From IMG/VR virus record IMGVR_UViG_3300020044_006329, positions 1-44,265 of that record: DNA of 44,265 bases. One strand, 5' to 3'. A model generated the notes under the pieces. That model was not told the DNA's origin. It did no database searches and saw only the letters and a list, made by a program, of their open reading frames with translations. Made by a program: the position numbers and the translations under genes. Of the stretch, positions 15,910 to 25,418 are shown one piece after another; the stretch's first letter is position 1; each line of letters begins with the position of its first letter. The DNA comes from a virus. Taxonomy: Duplodnaviria > Caudoviricetes.

Positions 15910-16302
15910 ATGGCAAACCCTCTCGCGACGAAAGTCACCCCTTCCCTCACCTTCTATATGGACGACGGCACGACCGTTGTCCGCGAACTGAAGACGGTTC
16001 CCCAGGACGGCGTGGACAGCCTTTACAACTGGCTGACTACCCAGACCAAACCGAACCCGCTTGATCCTACTGGTCCGCCGTGGAACAAGTATCAGAACAG
16101 CCCGACCGACACCCCGACCGACATCGCGGTGAACTTCGCGAACGATCTGATCTTGCTCCAGGTTAAGCAGATTGTGTCCTACGCTCCCCCTGCCTCTGTT
16201 GTTGCGGCGCAGGAGAATGTTGTCAAGGCGCAGGCTGAGTACCAGGTCGCTCTCGACAAGGCTTCCGGTCTAATTGAAGCGCCTGCTGCTCCCGGCAAGT
16301 AG
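15910..16302 (+). CDS. hypothetical protein (130 aa)
   Basis: ATG at 15910 after TAAGGA, in frame with track ORF 15727..16302. Confidence 0.7.
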   Translation: MANPLATKVTPSLTFYMDDGTTVVRELKTVPQDGVDSLYNWLTTQTKPNPLDPTGPPWNKYQNSPTDTPTDIAVNFANDLILLQVKQIVSYAPPASVVAAQENVVKAQAEYQVALDKASGLIEAPAAPGK

Positions 16303-16325
16303 CTCACCTGATGTAATATGGGTGT

Positions 16326-16577
16326 ATGGAAAACACCAAACCTACGGATATTACCGTAGAGCAAAAGCTGAAGATTCGTGATTTGCAGTACAAGCTGGCC
16401 GCTATTGCCAATCAGAAGCACGCCCTGAAGACGGAGTTCGACGCTCTTGTCGAGAAAGAGAAGTCTCTAGTAGACGATCTCCAGAAAGAGAACAACTCTC
16501 TTCAGGGCTGGTCTGAGGGATGCGGCTGGTCTCTTGATAACGATACCCTGGAATGGGTGCAGGTTAAACCCAACTAG
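16326..16577 (+). CDS. small coiled-coil protein (possible fibre assembly factor)
   Basis: Heptad pattern; ATG 6 nt after TAATAT. Confidence 0.65.
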   Translation: MENTKPTDITVEQKLKIRDLQYKLAAIANQKHALKTEFDALVEKEKSLVDDLQKENNSLQGWSEGCGWSLDNDTLEWVQVKPN

Positions 16578-16589
16578 GAGAGGTGTAAT

Positions 16590-18830
16590 GTGAAGCCACT
16601 GGAAACAATCGGAGCCATACCTGTCGTATGTTCTCCTCATGTGTACACGGAGTACAGTGGCTTCCGATACGACTTCACTACATCAACTCTTATAGTGCCG
16701 TCGATATCAGCCGGGTCTGTGTCCTTCTCTGCGATACAGCTTAACGGCTCTACGTCTGGATCAACTACTCTCCAGGCGCAGGCAATTGCTTCCGGCACTA
16801 TTACAGTACCTTCCGCTACGGATACTCTCGTCGGCAAGGCCACGACAGACACCCTCACGAACAAGACGTTCGACACCGCCGGGACTGGAAATGTTCTCAA
16901 GATCAACGGCACTCAGGTCAGCGCTGTAACAGGCTCTGGATCTGTTGTCCTGGCAACCTCTCCAACGCTTACCACCCCTATCCTTGGAATACCTGCCTCT
17001 GGCACGTTGACGAATTGCACAGGTCTGCCGATCTCTACTGGGGTCTCTGGGCTTGGGACGGGAGTTGCAACCGCATTAGCGGTAAACGTAGGCTCCGCTG
17101 GCGCTTTAGTTGTGAACGGCGGTGCGCTAGGAACCCCGTCTTCAGGCACCCTAACTTCTTGCACAGGTCTTCCGATCTCTACTGGTGTGTCTGGGCTTGG
17201 CGCTAATGTAGCTACATTCCTGGCTACTCCCACCAGCGCCAATCTTGCAAGCGCCGTGACGGATGAGACTGGGTCTGGCTCATTGGTATTTGCGAATACC
17301 CCAACCCTGGTAACCCCAAATGTCGGAGCAGCTACTGGAACCTCTCTTGCCGCTACAGGAGGGTCCGTTACCGTTCGATCTGCCGCAACACAGGATGCCG
17401 TAATCCTTACAGGAAGGGCTGGTGGCACTGGGTCTTTTGGTGTCACGCTTACCCCCACCACATTAACAGCAAGCCGAACCGTAACCCTGGCTGACGGGAA
17501 TACAACCCTCCAGGCCGGGACGATGGCGATTACTGGCGGCACTCTTGCTCAATTTGCTGCCACTACGTCAGCCCAGTTGGCTGGGGTTATATCGGACGAA
17601 ACTGGTTCTGGCTCCTTGGTGTTTGCTAACACCCCCACGCTAGTGACCCCGAATATCGGCGCTGCTACCGGGACTTCTCTTGCTGCTACAGGTGGGTCTG
17701 TTACTGTACGCGCCGCCGCTACGCAGGACGCCGTTATTCTTACGGGAAGGGCAGGCGGGACAGGATCTTTTGGAGTCACTCTCACTCCAACCACTCTAAC
17801 TGCCTCCAGAACTGTGACTCTGGCGGATGGGAATACGACCTTGCAAGCCGGAACCATGGCTACCACTGGTGGAACGCTTGCTCAATTTGCGGCTACCACG
17901 TCCGCACAATTAGCTGGCGTCATATCAGACGAAACTGGCAGTGGTGCGCTTGTTTTTGCGACTTCCCCCACGCTAGTGACTCCTGTCCTCGGCACCCCCA
18001 CCAGCGGGACTCTCACTAGCTGCACAGGCCTGCCAATCTCCACGGGAGTGAGTGGGCTTGCATCTGGCGTTGCCACCTTCCTAGCCACCCCTTCCTCTGC
18101 GAACCTGAGAACAGCGGTGACCGACGAAACGGGCAGCGGCGGGGGCCTTGTCTTCGCGACATCCCCGACGACCTCTGGGCTCACAAACACCGGCGCGGCG
18201 ACCTTGGACTTTGGCCTCGCCAAAGGGGGCATCGCGACGTACAATTCGGCTTCCGGCGGTCTATATATGGCGTACGCCTCCGGCGGTATTCTCCGATCAG
18301 TAGCGGACAATGCCGGAGCGGCCTCCATTATGCAGTTCCAGATTGGCAATGGGATAGAGGCGATGCGCCTGGATACCAACCTGTACCTGCTGATCGGATA
18401 CACGGCCTCAAACGGCGCGTATAAACTACAGGTCAACTCTCAGATCTTTGCTACCAATGCGACAATCGCCACTTCAGATCGTCGCTACAAGAAAGATATC
18501 ATGCCGATTAAGTCTGGCTTGAATGTGATTAGCAAGCTTAATCCAGTATCGTTTATCTGGAAGGAACATGATGTCCACCAGTTTGACAGTGGAACTCAGG
18601 TTGGCTTTATTGCTCAGGATGTTCAAGATGCTCTGGGTGGCGAGAGGTATTCGGACTGTGTTGTTAAGCGCAATCAGGTTCAACTGAAAGACGGCAGCAT
18701 GGAGGAGTTCTATGGCCTATCGGACTCCAAGCTCATACCGCTTATCGTGAAGTCAATTCAAGAACTAAACGCAAAACTTGAAGAACTCACCGACGGCAAA
18801 GGTAACATGATTTCTAGAGAGGTTCTGTAG
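16590..18830 (+). CDS. tail fibre with internal repeats and C-terminal peptidase S74 intramolecular chaperone
   Basis: DETGSG-LVFA-P repeats; TSDRRYKKDI...LNPVSF-W...GFIAQDVQ...LIPLIVKSIQEL. Confidence 0.9.
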   Translation: MKPLETIGAIPVVCSPHVYTEYSGFRYDFTTSTLIVPSISAGSVSFSAIQLNGSTSGSTTLQAQAIASGTITVPSATDTLVGKATTDTLTNKTFDTAGTGNVLKINGTQVSAVTGSGSVVLATSPTLTTPILGIPASGTLTNCTGLPISTGVSGLGTGVATALAVNVGSAGALVVNGGALGTPSSGTLTSCTGLPISTGVSGLGANVATFLATPTSANLASAVTDETGSGSLVFANTPTLVTPNVGAATGTSLAATGGSVTVRSAATQDAVILTGRAGGTGSFGVTLTPTTLTASRTVTLADGNTTLQAGTMAITGGTLAQFAATTSAQLAGVISDETGSGSLVFANTPTLVTPNIGAATGTSLAATGGSVTVRAAATQDAVILTGRAGGTGSFGVTLTPTTLTASRTVTLADGNTTLQAGTMATTGGTLAQFAATTSAQLAGVISDETGSGALVFATSPTLVTPVLGTPTSGTLTSCTGLPISTGVSGLASGVATFLATPSSANLRTAVTDETGSGGGLVFATSPTTSGLTNTGAATLDFGLAKGGIATYNSASGGLYMAYASGGILRSVADNAGAASIMQFQIGNGIEAMRLDTNLYLLIGYTASNGAYKLQVNSQIFATNATIATSDRRYKKDIMPIKSGLNVISKLNPVSFIWKEHDVHQFDSGTQVGFIAQDVQDALGGERYSDCVVKRNQVQLKDGSMEEFYGLSDSKLIPLIVKSIQELNAKLEELTDGKGNMISREVL
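17262..17927 (+). repeat. tandem 333-bp (111-aa) duplication in tail fibre
   Basis: Copies 17262-17594 and 17595-17927 differ at 3 residues (V/I, S/A, I/T) but at many synonymous sites. Confidence 0.95.
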
Positions 18831-18876
18831 GAGCAGGCAGGAATCACTGTAGCCTTCTTTTGATTGGAGATTTTGA

Positions 18877-19215
18877 ATGCAGAAGTTTAAGCGTACATCT
18901 AGCGGCGGCATTGAGTACCGTGGGCATACATTCCCTGGATTCAACCAGCCGATCAAATCCTCTAAGCCAGAGAAGAAGAAGATGGTTCTTGCTAAGGAGG
19001 GTGATCAGGTAAAGCTAGTTCACTTCGGTGACGCTTCGATGGGTCACAACTACAGTGCATCTGCCAGGAAGAGTTACATGGCGCGTAGCGCTGGCATCAA
19101 AGGCAAGGACTCGAAGCTCTCTGCGAACTACTGGTCTCGCAAGGTATTGTGGGCTGGGCCTTCGGGCAGCAAGAAAGCGCCTCCTGTTTCTCAGAAAGTG
19201 AAGAGATATGACTAG
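18877..19215 (+). CDS. small basic protein
   Basis: Lys-rich; KLVHFG...SARKSYMAR...SANYWSRKVLW. Confidence 0.8.
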   Translation: MQKFKRTSSGGIEYRGHTFPGFNQPIKSSKPEKKKMVLAKEGDQVKLVHFGDASMGHNYSASARKSYMARSAGIKGKDSKLSANYWSRKVLWAGPSGSKKAPPVSQKVKRYD

Positions 19216-19477
19216 CGACTTGACGTGTAAGAAACTGACGGCAGCAGGACTGGTGTTTAATGGTCCAGGTAGGGTTGTGACGATATTCGCCCATACCGCA
19301 CTGGCTGGCACATTTCAGTTAAGAGATGGTGGTGCTTCTGGAGATATCTTGGTAGACATATCGCTTCCAAACAACTCAACGACATCCATCCCTCTTGGTG
19401 GTAGCGGAGTTCGTTTTGATACGAACATCTATCTAACGGCTACAAATATCGACGCAATCACCGTCTGCTGGGGGTAG
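19208..19477 (+). CDS. hypothetical protein (89 aa)
   Basis: Coupled ORF; GVRFDTNIY motif. Confidence 0.75.
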   Translation: MTSDLTCKKLTAAGLVFNGPGRVVTIFAHTALAGTFQLRDGGASGDILVDISLPNNSTTSIPLGGSGVRFDTNIYLTATNIDAITVCWG

Positions 19478-19478
19478 C

Positions 19479-19643
19479 ATGAAAGGCCAGATGAAGATGT
19501 CGGCCCAGCAACAGGGTAAGGTCGGTAAGGTGATGCACGAGTTTAAGGCTGGAAAGCTGAAGTCCTCGTCGGGCCAGAAAGTAACGAACCCCAAGCAAGG
19601 CATCGCTATCGCTTTGTCTGAGGCGCGGAAGGTAAAGAAATGA
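19479..19643 (+). CDS. small basic protein (DUF6496-like, 54 aa)
   Basis: Hand-translated: KVGKVMHEFKAGKLKSSSGQKVTNPKQGIAIALSEARK. Confidence 0.8.
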   Translation: MKGQMKMSAQQQGKVGKVMHEFKAGKLKSSSGQKVTNPKQGIAIALSEARKVKK

Positions 19644-19801
19644 TCGGTCGATTCTCTACAGGCAAGCAGGTTAGCACTCCTTCGATGTCGAAGAAGACGG
19701 GTAAGCCTGTCAAGGCGCAAACTCCCGGTATGTACCCGAAGGCTGTTGTGGCGCGGAAGGTATCGAAGATGCAGGTTCCAAAAATGAAGAAAGGATTCTA
19801 G
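19640..19801 (+). CDS. small basic protein (53 aa, MIGRFSTGKQVS...)
   Basis: ATGA overlap with previous gene; exactly fills the gap to 19802. Confidence 0.65.
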   Translation: MIGRFSTGKQVSTPSMSKKTGKPVKAQTPGMYPKAVVARKVSKMQVPKMKKGF

Positions 19802-20197
19802 GTGTCCTACACCAAGCCTCAACTTCGACAGAGAATCAAGTCTCAGGTTATGTCCTCCAGCAAGGGAGGTAGGCCTGGGCAGTGGTCTGCGCGTAAAGCA
19901 CAACTTGTTGCTCAAAAGTATGAGGCTGCGGGTGGGGGATACTCTGGGTCCAAGTCTGGCTCTCAAAAGAGTCTATCGAAATGGACGAAGGAAGAGTGGA
20001 CTACCAAAAGCGGGAAGCCATCCACTCAAGGACCTAAGGCGACAGGTGAGCGGTACCTGCCGAAGAAGGCGGTTCAATCAATGCCTTCCGGTATCTATGC
20101 CGCTTCCACTGCGGCCAAGCGTAAAGACAGCGCCGAAGGAAAGCAGTTCTCCTCTCAACCTGAGAGCGCCAAGAAAATATCCAGGAGATTCCGGTAA
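19802..20197 (+). CDS. basic protein (DUF5872-like)
   Basis: YTKPQLR...KGGRPGQWSARKAQ...GGGY...SLSKWTKEEW...ERYLPKKA. Confidence 0.8.
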   Translation: MSYTKPQLRQRIKSQVMSSSKGGRPGQWSARKAQLVAQKYEAAGGGYSGSKSGSQKSLSKWTKEEWTTKSGKPSTQGPKATGERYLPKKAVQSMPSGIYAASTAAKRKDSAEGKQFSSQPESAKKISRRFR

Positions 20198-20889
20198 TGT
20201 CTACTTCAGGCACTGCATCGTGGAACATCAATATCCTAGACATTATTGAAGAAGCCTACGAGCGGGTTGGGATTGAGGTCAAGGTTGGCTACGAAGTTAA
20301 GACTGCACGCAGGAGCTTGAATCTTCTGTCGATGGAGTGGGCTAACCGTGGGTTGAATCTATGGTGCGTGGAGCAGGGGACTCTCGCGCTTGTCGCTGGC
20401 ACTGCTACCTACAGTCTGCCGGATGACACGATTGACATCCTTGAGGGCGTGATTAGGACATACGCTGGGCAGACGAATCAGCAGACGGATATCGCTATCA
20501 CGCCAATCTCTTTTATCACCTACAACACCCTGCCTAATAAGCTTATTCGCGGCACACCTATCCAGTATTACGTTGCCCGTGATACTACCACACCAGAGAT
20601 CACGTTCTGGCAAGTGCCTGACGACACCGTCTCCAGGCAGTTTGTGTATTATCGATTGCGCCGACAACAGGATGTAGGGACGAACGCAAACAACAACATG
20701 GACGTTCCTTTCCGTTTTGTTCCGGCGCTGATTGCTGGCTTGGCTTATCAGCTTGCATGCAAGAGGCCAGAGGCGTTCGCCAGGATTCCTGATCTGAAGG
20801 CGTTGTACGAAGAGGAGTTCCAACGGGCTGCGGATGAAGATCGTCAGCGTGCCTCCGTTATGCTTGTCCCTGGGGGGTATGGCTGGTAA
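20197..20889 (+). CDS. probable head-tail adaptor protein
   Basis: IIEEAYER-G, TARRSLNLL, WANRGLNLW, DVPFRF-PAL-AGLAY. Confidence 0.7.
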   Translation: MSTSGTASWNINILDIIEEAYERVGIEVKVGYEVKTARRSLNLLSMEWANRGLNLWCVEQGTLALVAGTATYSLPDDTIDILEGVIRTYAGQTNQQTDIAITPISFITYNTLPNKLIRGTPIQYYVARDTTTPEITFWQVPDDTVSRQFVYYRLRRQQDVGTNANNNMDVPFRFVPALIAGLAYQLACKRPEAFARIPDLKALYEEEFQRAADEDRQRASVMLVPGGYGW

Positions 20890-21197
20890 TGTACGCTTCC
20901 GGCAAACACGCGATTGCGATGTGCGACATCTGCGCTCGGCAGGTGAAGTACACAACTCTCAAGAAGTACATCTACAACCAGCGTTGGAACGGTCTTCTTG
21001 TATGCGAAGAGTGCTACGACATAGACAACCCTCAACTCCAGATCGGCAAGTACGTCAGGGGTGAGTCTATTGCTTTGCAAAACCCAAGAACCGCTTCATC
21101 GCAAAACCCACCTACCCGTGAGTATTTTGGCTGGAACCCTGTTCTACCAAACAAGATCTACGTTTCTCTGGGTCGGGTTACAATTACGGTCAGCTAA
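20889..21197 (+). CDS. small zinc-ribbon protein
   Basis: CDIC...WNGLLVCEEC-D..PQL. Confidence 0.75.
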   Translation: MYASGKHAIAMCDICARQVKYTTLKKYIYNQRWNGLLVCEECYDIDNPQLQIGKYVRGESIALQNPRTASSQNPPTREYFGWNPVLPNKIYVSLGRVTITVS

Positions 21198-21206
21198 GGA
21201 GAGAAG

Positions 21207-22184
21207 ATGCAGAAGTTTAAAAAGGCTATCAGAAAAGCAAGCGGCGGTCGCGATTACGGGGCAGCGGCTAGGGATCAATCGGATTATATTCTTCTCAAGG
21301 GGGCTTATGCTGGAGGCCCTGAAACAGAAGAGGGAATTATGCGCGGCGGGTTGTCCAGGACTCTTGCCTCCCTGCTCCCTAGAGTTCCATCTGCCGCTGA
21401 TCTTTCTTCGGTAATCCAGCCTTCTTCTCGCTCAGTTCCTTCTTCTCAGGAGTCGGTTGCTGGCCCGATTGGTCGTTCTATTCGGCAAGCTCCGAATCCT
21501 TCCAAGAGAGCGCCGATCCCCAATTTTTTGGATCGGGATATGGAGGCTCTCGCCCAGATGACTGCCGCCAATCCTGAATTGATGAATACAAAGGCGCTTG
21601 GGCTTCCTAGCCTCCCCACTTCATCTAAAGGAGGCGAGGGTGAGGAACAAGAACTTGAATCCCTAAAGAAAACTGGTGGCGATTCGTCCGCTGCCGCAGC
21701 TATCCCCAAGACCAAGGCTGGCATGAAGAAGTTCATGCAGGACTACGGCAAGTTTATTGCTCTCGGCGCTATGGCTGGTGCCGGGGGTAAGGGTGGACAG
21801 ATCGCTGCGCCGATTATCGCGGCACTGCCTGGGTTGATTAAGATGATGAAAGGGAAAGGGAAAACCACTGCTGCCCCTGCCCCTAAGGCTCCAACCCAAG
21901 ACCCTGGCGGCTACAAGAAAGGCGGAGCGATCCGCAAGTTTAAGGGAGGTTCCATGGACAAATCCAAGGGCAACACGAAAGACAGCATGCTTACCCCCAA
22001 GTACAAAAAGGGTGGCTCGATTGGGGAAATTCCCCAGCACAAGAAGATGGCGATGGGGAAACCCACTCCGCAAAGCACTGGGCAGAAGTTCGCCAAGGGC
22101 GGCACGATGAAGTGCGCTACTGGTGGCGGCGTCAAGGGCTGTGGTATCGCCAAAAAGATCCGCCCGACTGGGCCGATGAACTAA
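21207..22184 (+). CDS. low-complexity basic protein with repeated xxGG motifs (probable internal virion protein)
   Basis: AAGGAG SD; YKKGG twice, FKGG, FAKGG, CATGG. Confidence 0.75.
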   Translation: MQKFKKAIRKASGGRDYGAAARDQSDYILLKGAYAGGPETEEGIMRGGLSRTLASLLPRVPSAADLSSVIQPSSRSVPSSQESVAGPIGRSIRQAPNPSKRAPIPNFLDRDMEALAQMTAANPELMNTKALGLPSLPTSSKGGEGEEQELESLKKTGGDSSAAAAIPKTKAGMKKFMQDYGKFIALGAMAGAGGKGGQIAAPIIAALPGLIKMMKGKGKTTAAPAPKAPTQDPGGYKKGGAIRKFKGGSMDKSKGNTKDSMLTPKYKKGGSIGEIPQHKKMAMGKPTPQSTGQKFAKGGTMKCATGGGVKGCGIAKKIRPTGPMN

Positions 22185-22193
22185 GGAATAGTC

Positions 22194-22439
22194 ATGAAAA
22201 AGAACGCTGATCGAAAGTTTCGTGGCGCTACTAAAGGCGCTGTGCCGATGGCCCTTATGAAGCGCATGGCTGGGAGTTCTCCCTCGGCTGATGCTGAGAG
22301 CGCCTCTCCTATGCCTCCCGCCGCTATGCCGGGGATGAAGAAGGGTGGCGTTACTGGCGCTAAGAAGTACGCTTCTGGCGGCAGCATGCGTGGATACGGG
22401 ATCTCCAAGAAGATCAAGCCCTCTGGGCCGATGTGCTAA
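22194..22439 (+). CDS. small basic protein, C-terminus paralogous to previous gene
   Basis: MKKGG, YASGG; GYGISKKIKPSGPM vs GCGIAKKIRPTGPM. Confidence 0.75.
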   Translation: MKKNADRKFRGATKGAVPMALMKRMAGSSPSADAESASPMPPAAMPGMKKGGVTGAKKYASGGSMRGYGISKKIKPSGPMC

Positions 22440-22451
22440 ACCTGAGGCGCG

Positions 22452-23108
22452 ATGACATACGCTGAACTCAAAGAGCAGATAAAGGATTACGTTCAATCGG
22501 AGGAACCGACATTCCTCGCGAACCTGGATGGCATTATCCAGCTTGCGGAACAGCGTATAAACAGGGACGCAAAGTCACCTGACTCTCGCGCCACCGCGAC
22601 TGGCACCTTTAGTTCTCAGACCATCACCACCCCAACTGACTTTGTGATCCCACTCAGTTTGTTTGTGAGTATTGATGGAATAGAGACTGGCCTTCTTCTC
22701 AAAGACCCCTCTTATCTCACCGAGGCGTATGGTGTGACCTCTGCATCCACTGGGTCCAGCGGCTCACCTGCCTATTACGCGATCCAATCGTCAAGCGATA
22801 CGTCCACGACGATCCTTGTAGCGCCGTCTCCTAGTTCATCGCTTGGGTACACGCTATACTACTACAAGTCTGCTGACACTATTGTTGGCGCTGACACGCA
22901 CACCACATGGGTCAGTAATTACTTCCCGCAGACCTTGCTCTATGGCTGTCTCGTTGAGGCATACACCTTCATGAAGGGCGACCAAGTGATACAGCAGCAG
23001 TACGAAAAACTGTACCAGCTTGGGTTGATGGAACTGAAGACCGTCTGCGAGAATGACCAGCGCATGGACAACTACCGTTATGCTGACAACAAAAGGAACA
23101 TTGGTTAG
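22452..23108 (+). CDS. probable head-tail adaptor/completion protein
   Basis: MTYAELK..I.DY, IQLAEQRI, P-YYA, LLYGCLVEAYTFMKG. Confidence 0.72.
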   Translation: MTYAELKEQIKDYVQSEEPTFLANLDGIIQLAEQRINRDAKSPDSRATATGTFSSQTITTPTDFVIPLSLFVSIDGIETGLLLKDPSYLTEAYGVTSASTGSSGSPAYYAIQSSSDTSTTILVAPSPSSSLGYTLYYYKSADTIVGADTHTTWVSNYFPQTLLYGCLVEAYTFMKGDQVIQQQYEKLYQLGLMELKTVCENDQRMDNYRYADNKRNIG

Positions 23109-23110
23109 CC

Positions 23111-23542
23111 ATGGCATTCACTGGTAGCTATGTAACAAACTCTTTCAAGCAACAGCTTCTTCTGGCTGTCCATGACTTCACCACGGATGTCATTAAGATC
23201 GCCTTGTACTCAAGCTCGGCTACGATTGACAGTTCGACTACCGTTTACAGCACCACGAACGAGATCACCGGGACCGGGTACGTGGCTGGCGGCAAGACCC
23301 TTACCTGCACAGTAACGCTGTCTGGCAACTACGCAATCCTTGATTTTGCTGATGTGAACTGGACCAGTGCCACATTTACTTGTCGTGGCGCTCTCGTCTA
23401 CAACTCTTCAAAATCAAACAAGTCCATCTTTGTGCTGGACTTTGGCACTGACAAGACGGTATCCAGCGGTACCTTCTCTATCCAGTTCCCTGTTGCTGAT
23501 GTGAACAACGCAATCGCTGTGATTAGCTCGGTAACCAACTGA
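23111..23542 (+). CDS. putative tail structural protein
   Basis: SFKQQLL, KIALY, GTGYVAGG, RGALVYN, VLDFG-DK. Confidence 0.72.
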   Translation: MAFTGSYVTNSFKQQLLLAVHDFTTDVIKIALYSSSATIDSSTTVYSTTNEITGTGYVAGGKTLTCTVTLSGNYAILDFADVNWTSATFTCRGALVYNSSKSNKSIFVLDFGTDKTVSSGTFSIQFPVADVNNAIAVISSVTN

Positions 23543-24705
23543 TGCCTCCTACATACACTTCAAACAACAAGATCAAGAAGATCGCCCAAGGCGACGAGAC
23601 GGGTACCTGGGGGACAACCACCAATACTAATTTCGATCTCTACGACACCGCAATTGATGGTGTTATCTCGATCTCGCTGTCTGGCACGTCCAGTTCTCTG
23701 ACAATCTCCGATGGGTCCGCTGCCACTCCTGACGGCAGGAACAAGATCCTCCTCTTTACCGGATCTCCTTCTGGCGCTCACACCGTCACCGTCTCCCCGA
23801 ACTCTGTCGAGAAGCACTACTTCGTTCAGAACAACACGTCTCAGAACGTCATCATGTCGCAAGGAAGTGGCGCAACTGTCACTGTGGCCCCAGGGTATTC
23901 AACGATCCTGTATTGCGACGGCGCTGGAAGTGGTGCCGCTGTCTACGAAGTCATCACGAAATTCAAGGCTACTGAGTTTAAGGGATCGACGTACACTGCT
24001 ACTGGCGCTATTGCGGTTAAGCCTGGGTCTGATTCTACCTCCGCTATCGCTCTTCAGAATTCCAGCGGTACCCAAGTTGCAGCCATTGACAGTACGAACG
24101 CTAGGTTTGGCGTTGGGAGCATTGCCCCGACAGCAACATTCTCTGTCTCTGGCGCTAGTTCTATAACCGCTCCGGCTTCCACTGGCATTCATTTGATTGG
24201 CGATTCAGTCACCGTCCAGCCCAGGATCTCTATCGATGGCGTTGGCAATGCTGGCTGGTTTCTTGGCAGGCTTTGCCTTGGAACTGCATCGTCCCCATCC
24301 GCCTGCGGCCCCGGCTCCTTCCTTGCTGCCTTTACTGGTAGAGGATATTTATCCACAGCCTACTCGACTAATGATTTAGGTCGCTTGGTAGTTCAGGCCG
24401 AAGAGAATTTTACCAACTCCAGTGCCGCCACAGGGATCTCGTTTTGGACCACCCCAATTGGGGCTGTCGCCTCTCAGAATGTCGCAAGGATAGACAACGC
24501 CGGGAGGTTTATCGTTGGAGGGTCAACGTCAGCCTCTGGTTCCAGCGCCGGAATTGAGCTTCAGAGTACGACAACCGCCTTGCTTCTGTCTCGCATGACA
24601 ACCACTCAGCGCGATGCAATGACTCCTATTAACGGCATGATCATCTACAACACAACGACCAATACTATTCAGGGCTATCAGAATAGTGCATGGAGCAACC
24701 TGTAA
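23542..24705 (+). CDS. tail fibre/spike-like protein
   Basis: N-terminal GDETGTWGTTTNTNF anchor-like motif; C-terminal RMTTTQRDAM...GMIIYNTT. Confidence 0.75.
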   Translation: MPPTYTSNNKIKKIAQGDETGTWGTTTNTNFDLYDTAIDGVISISLSGTSSSLTISDGSAATPDGRNKILLFTGSPSGAHTVTVSPNSVEKHYFVQNNTSQNVIMSQGSGATVTVAPGYSTILYCDGAGSGAAVYEVITKFKATEFKGSTYTATGAIAVKPGSDSTSAIALQNSSGTQVAAIDSTNARFGVGSIAPTATFSVSGASSITAPASTGIHLIGDSVTVQPRISIDGVGNAGWFLGRLCLGTASSPSACGPGSFLAAFTGRGYLSTAYSTNDLGRLVVQAEENFTNSSAATGISFWTTPIGAVASQNVARIDNAGRFIVGGSTSASGSSAGIELQSTTTALLLSRMTTTQRDAMTPINGMIIYNTTTNTIQGYQNSAWSNL

Positions 24706-25043
24706 TGGCTACCTCGTTCTCTTGGAACATAAAGAACATGGAGGTCCGAAAGTCTGAAGGCAATCTTTCGGATGTCGTGATCGTTGTCTACTGGGATAGG
24801 GATGGCGCTAGGACCGTCTCTGGCAAAACGTATTCTGCTTCCAGTGCAGGCGTGACGATAGTCGGTCCACCGGACCCGTACTCGTTTACTCCGTTCGATC
24901 AATTGACAGAGCAGCAGGTGATTGGTTGGGTTGAGTCGTCGCTTGGTCAAGAGCAGTTGGCTGTCATTGATGCAAGGATCGACAAAGAGATTGCTGGGCA
25001 GATAGCCCCGCAGCAGGAGGTATTGCCACCCCCGTGGCAGTAG
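24705..25043 (+). CDS. fibre-associated small protein
   Basis: TAATG coupling; FTPFDQLTEQQVIGWV...PPW. Confidence 0.72.
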   Translation: MATSFSWNIKNMEVRKSEGNLSDVVIVVYWDRDGARTVSGKTYSASSAGVTIVGPPDPYSFTPFDQLTEQQVIGWVESSLGQEQLAVIDARIDKEIAGQIAPQQEVLPPPWQ

Positions 25044-25047
25044 GAAT

Positions 25048-25410
25048 ATGCACGCAGACTTTATTTCCAAACTCCTCCATGGAGTAACGGCGGCGCACAT
25101 GCTGCACTTGATGGCGAAAGGCCCTGGCTCCTACGCCAAGCACAAGGCGCTGGGTTCTCTTTATGACGGGCTGTCTGATGCCGCCGACTCTCTTGCTGAA
25201 GAGTGCTTTGGTATTCACGGCGTGCCGTCCTCTTTCCCTAGCGAGAAGTTTGTTTGCCCCAAGGATGCGACCAAGCTCGTGTCTGAGTTGTACGAGTACG
25301 TCACCAGGAATCGCAGCCAGATGGGCGACGAGAGCCACATCCAGAACTCTATCGACGGCATCCTCACGTTGCTGGCGACTACCAAATACAAACTCGAAAA
25401 CCTTGCATAA
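25048..25410 (+). CDS. ferritin/Dps-like four-helix-bundle protein (DUF5856-like)
   Basis: HMLHL...SYAKHKALGSLYDGL...DSLAEE...IQNSIDGI...TKYKL. Confidence 0.8.
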   Translation: MHADFISKLLHGVTAAHMLHLMAKGPGSYAKHKALGSLYDGLSDAADSLAEECFGIHGVPSSFPSEKFVCPKDATKLVSELYEYVTRNRSQMGDESHIQNSIDGILTLLATTKYKLENLA

Positions 25411-25418
25411 GGAGCGCC

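Noticed and set aside
14415-18830. Diversity-generating retroelement target in the fibre genes
   Set aside because: No reverse transcriptase, and repeat differences are synonymous rather than adenine-specific
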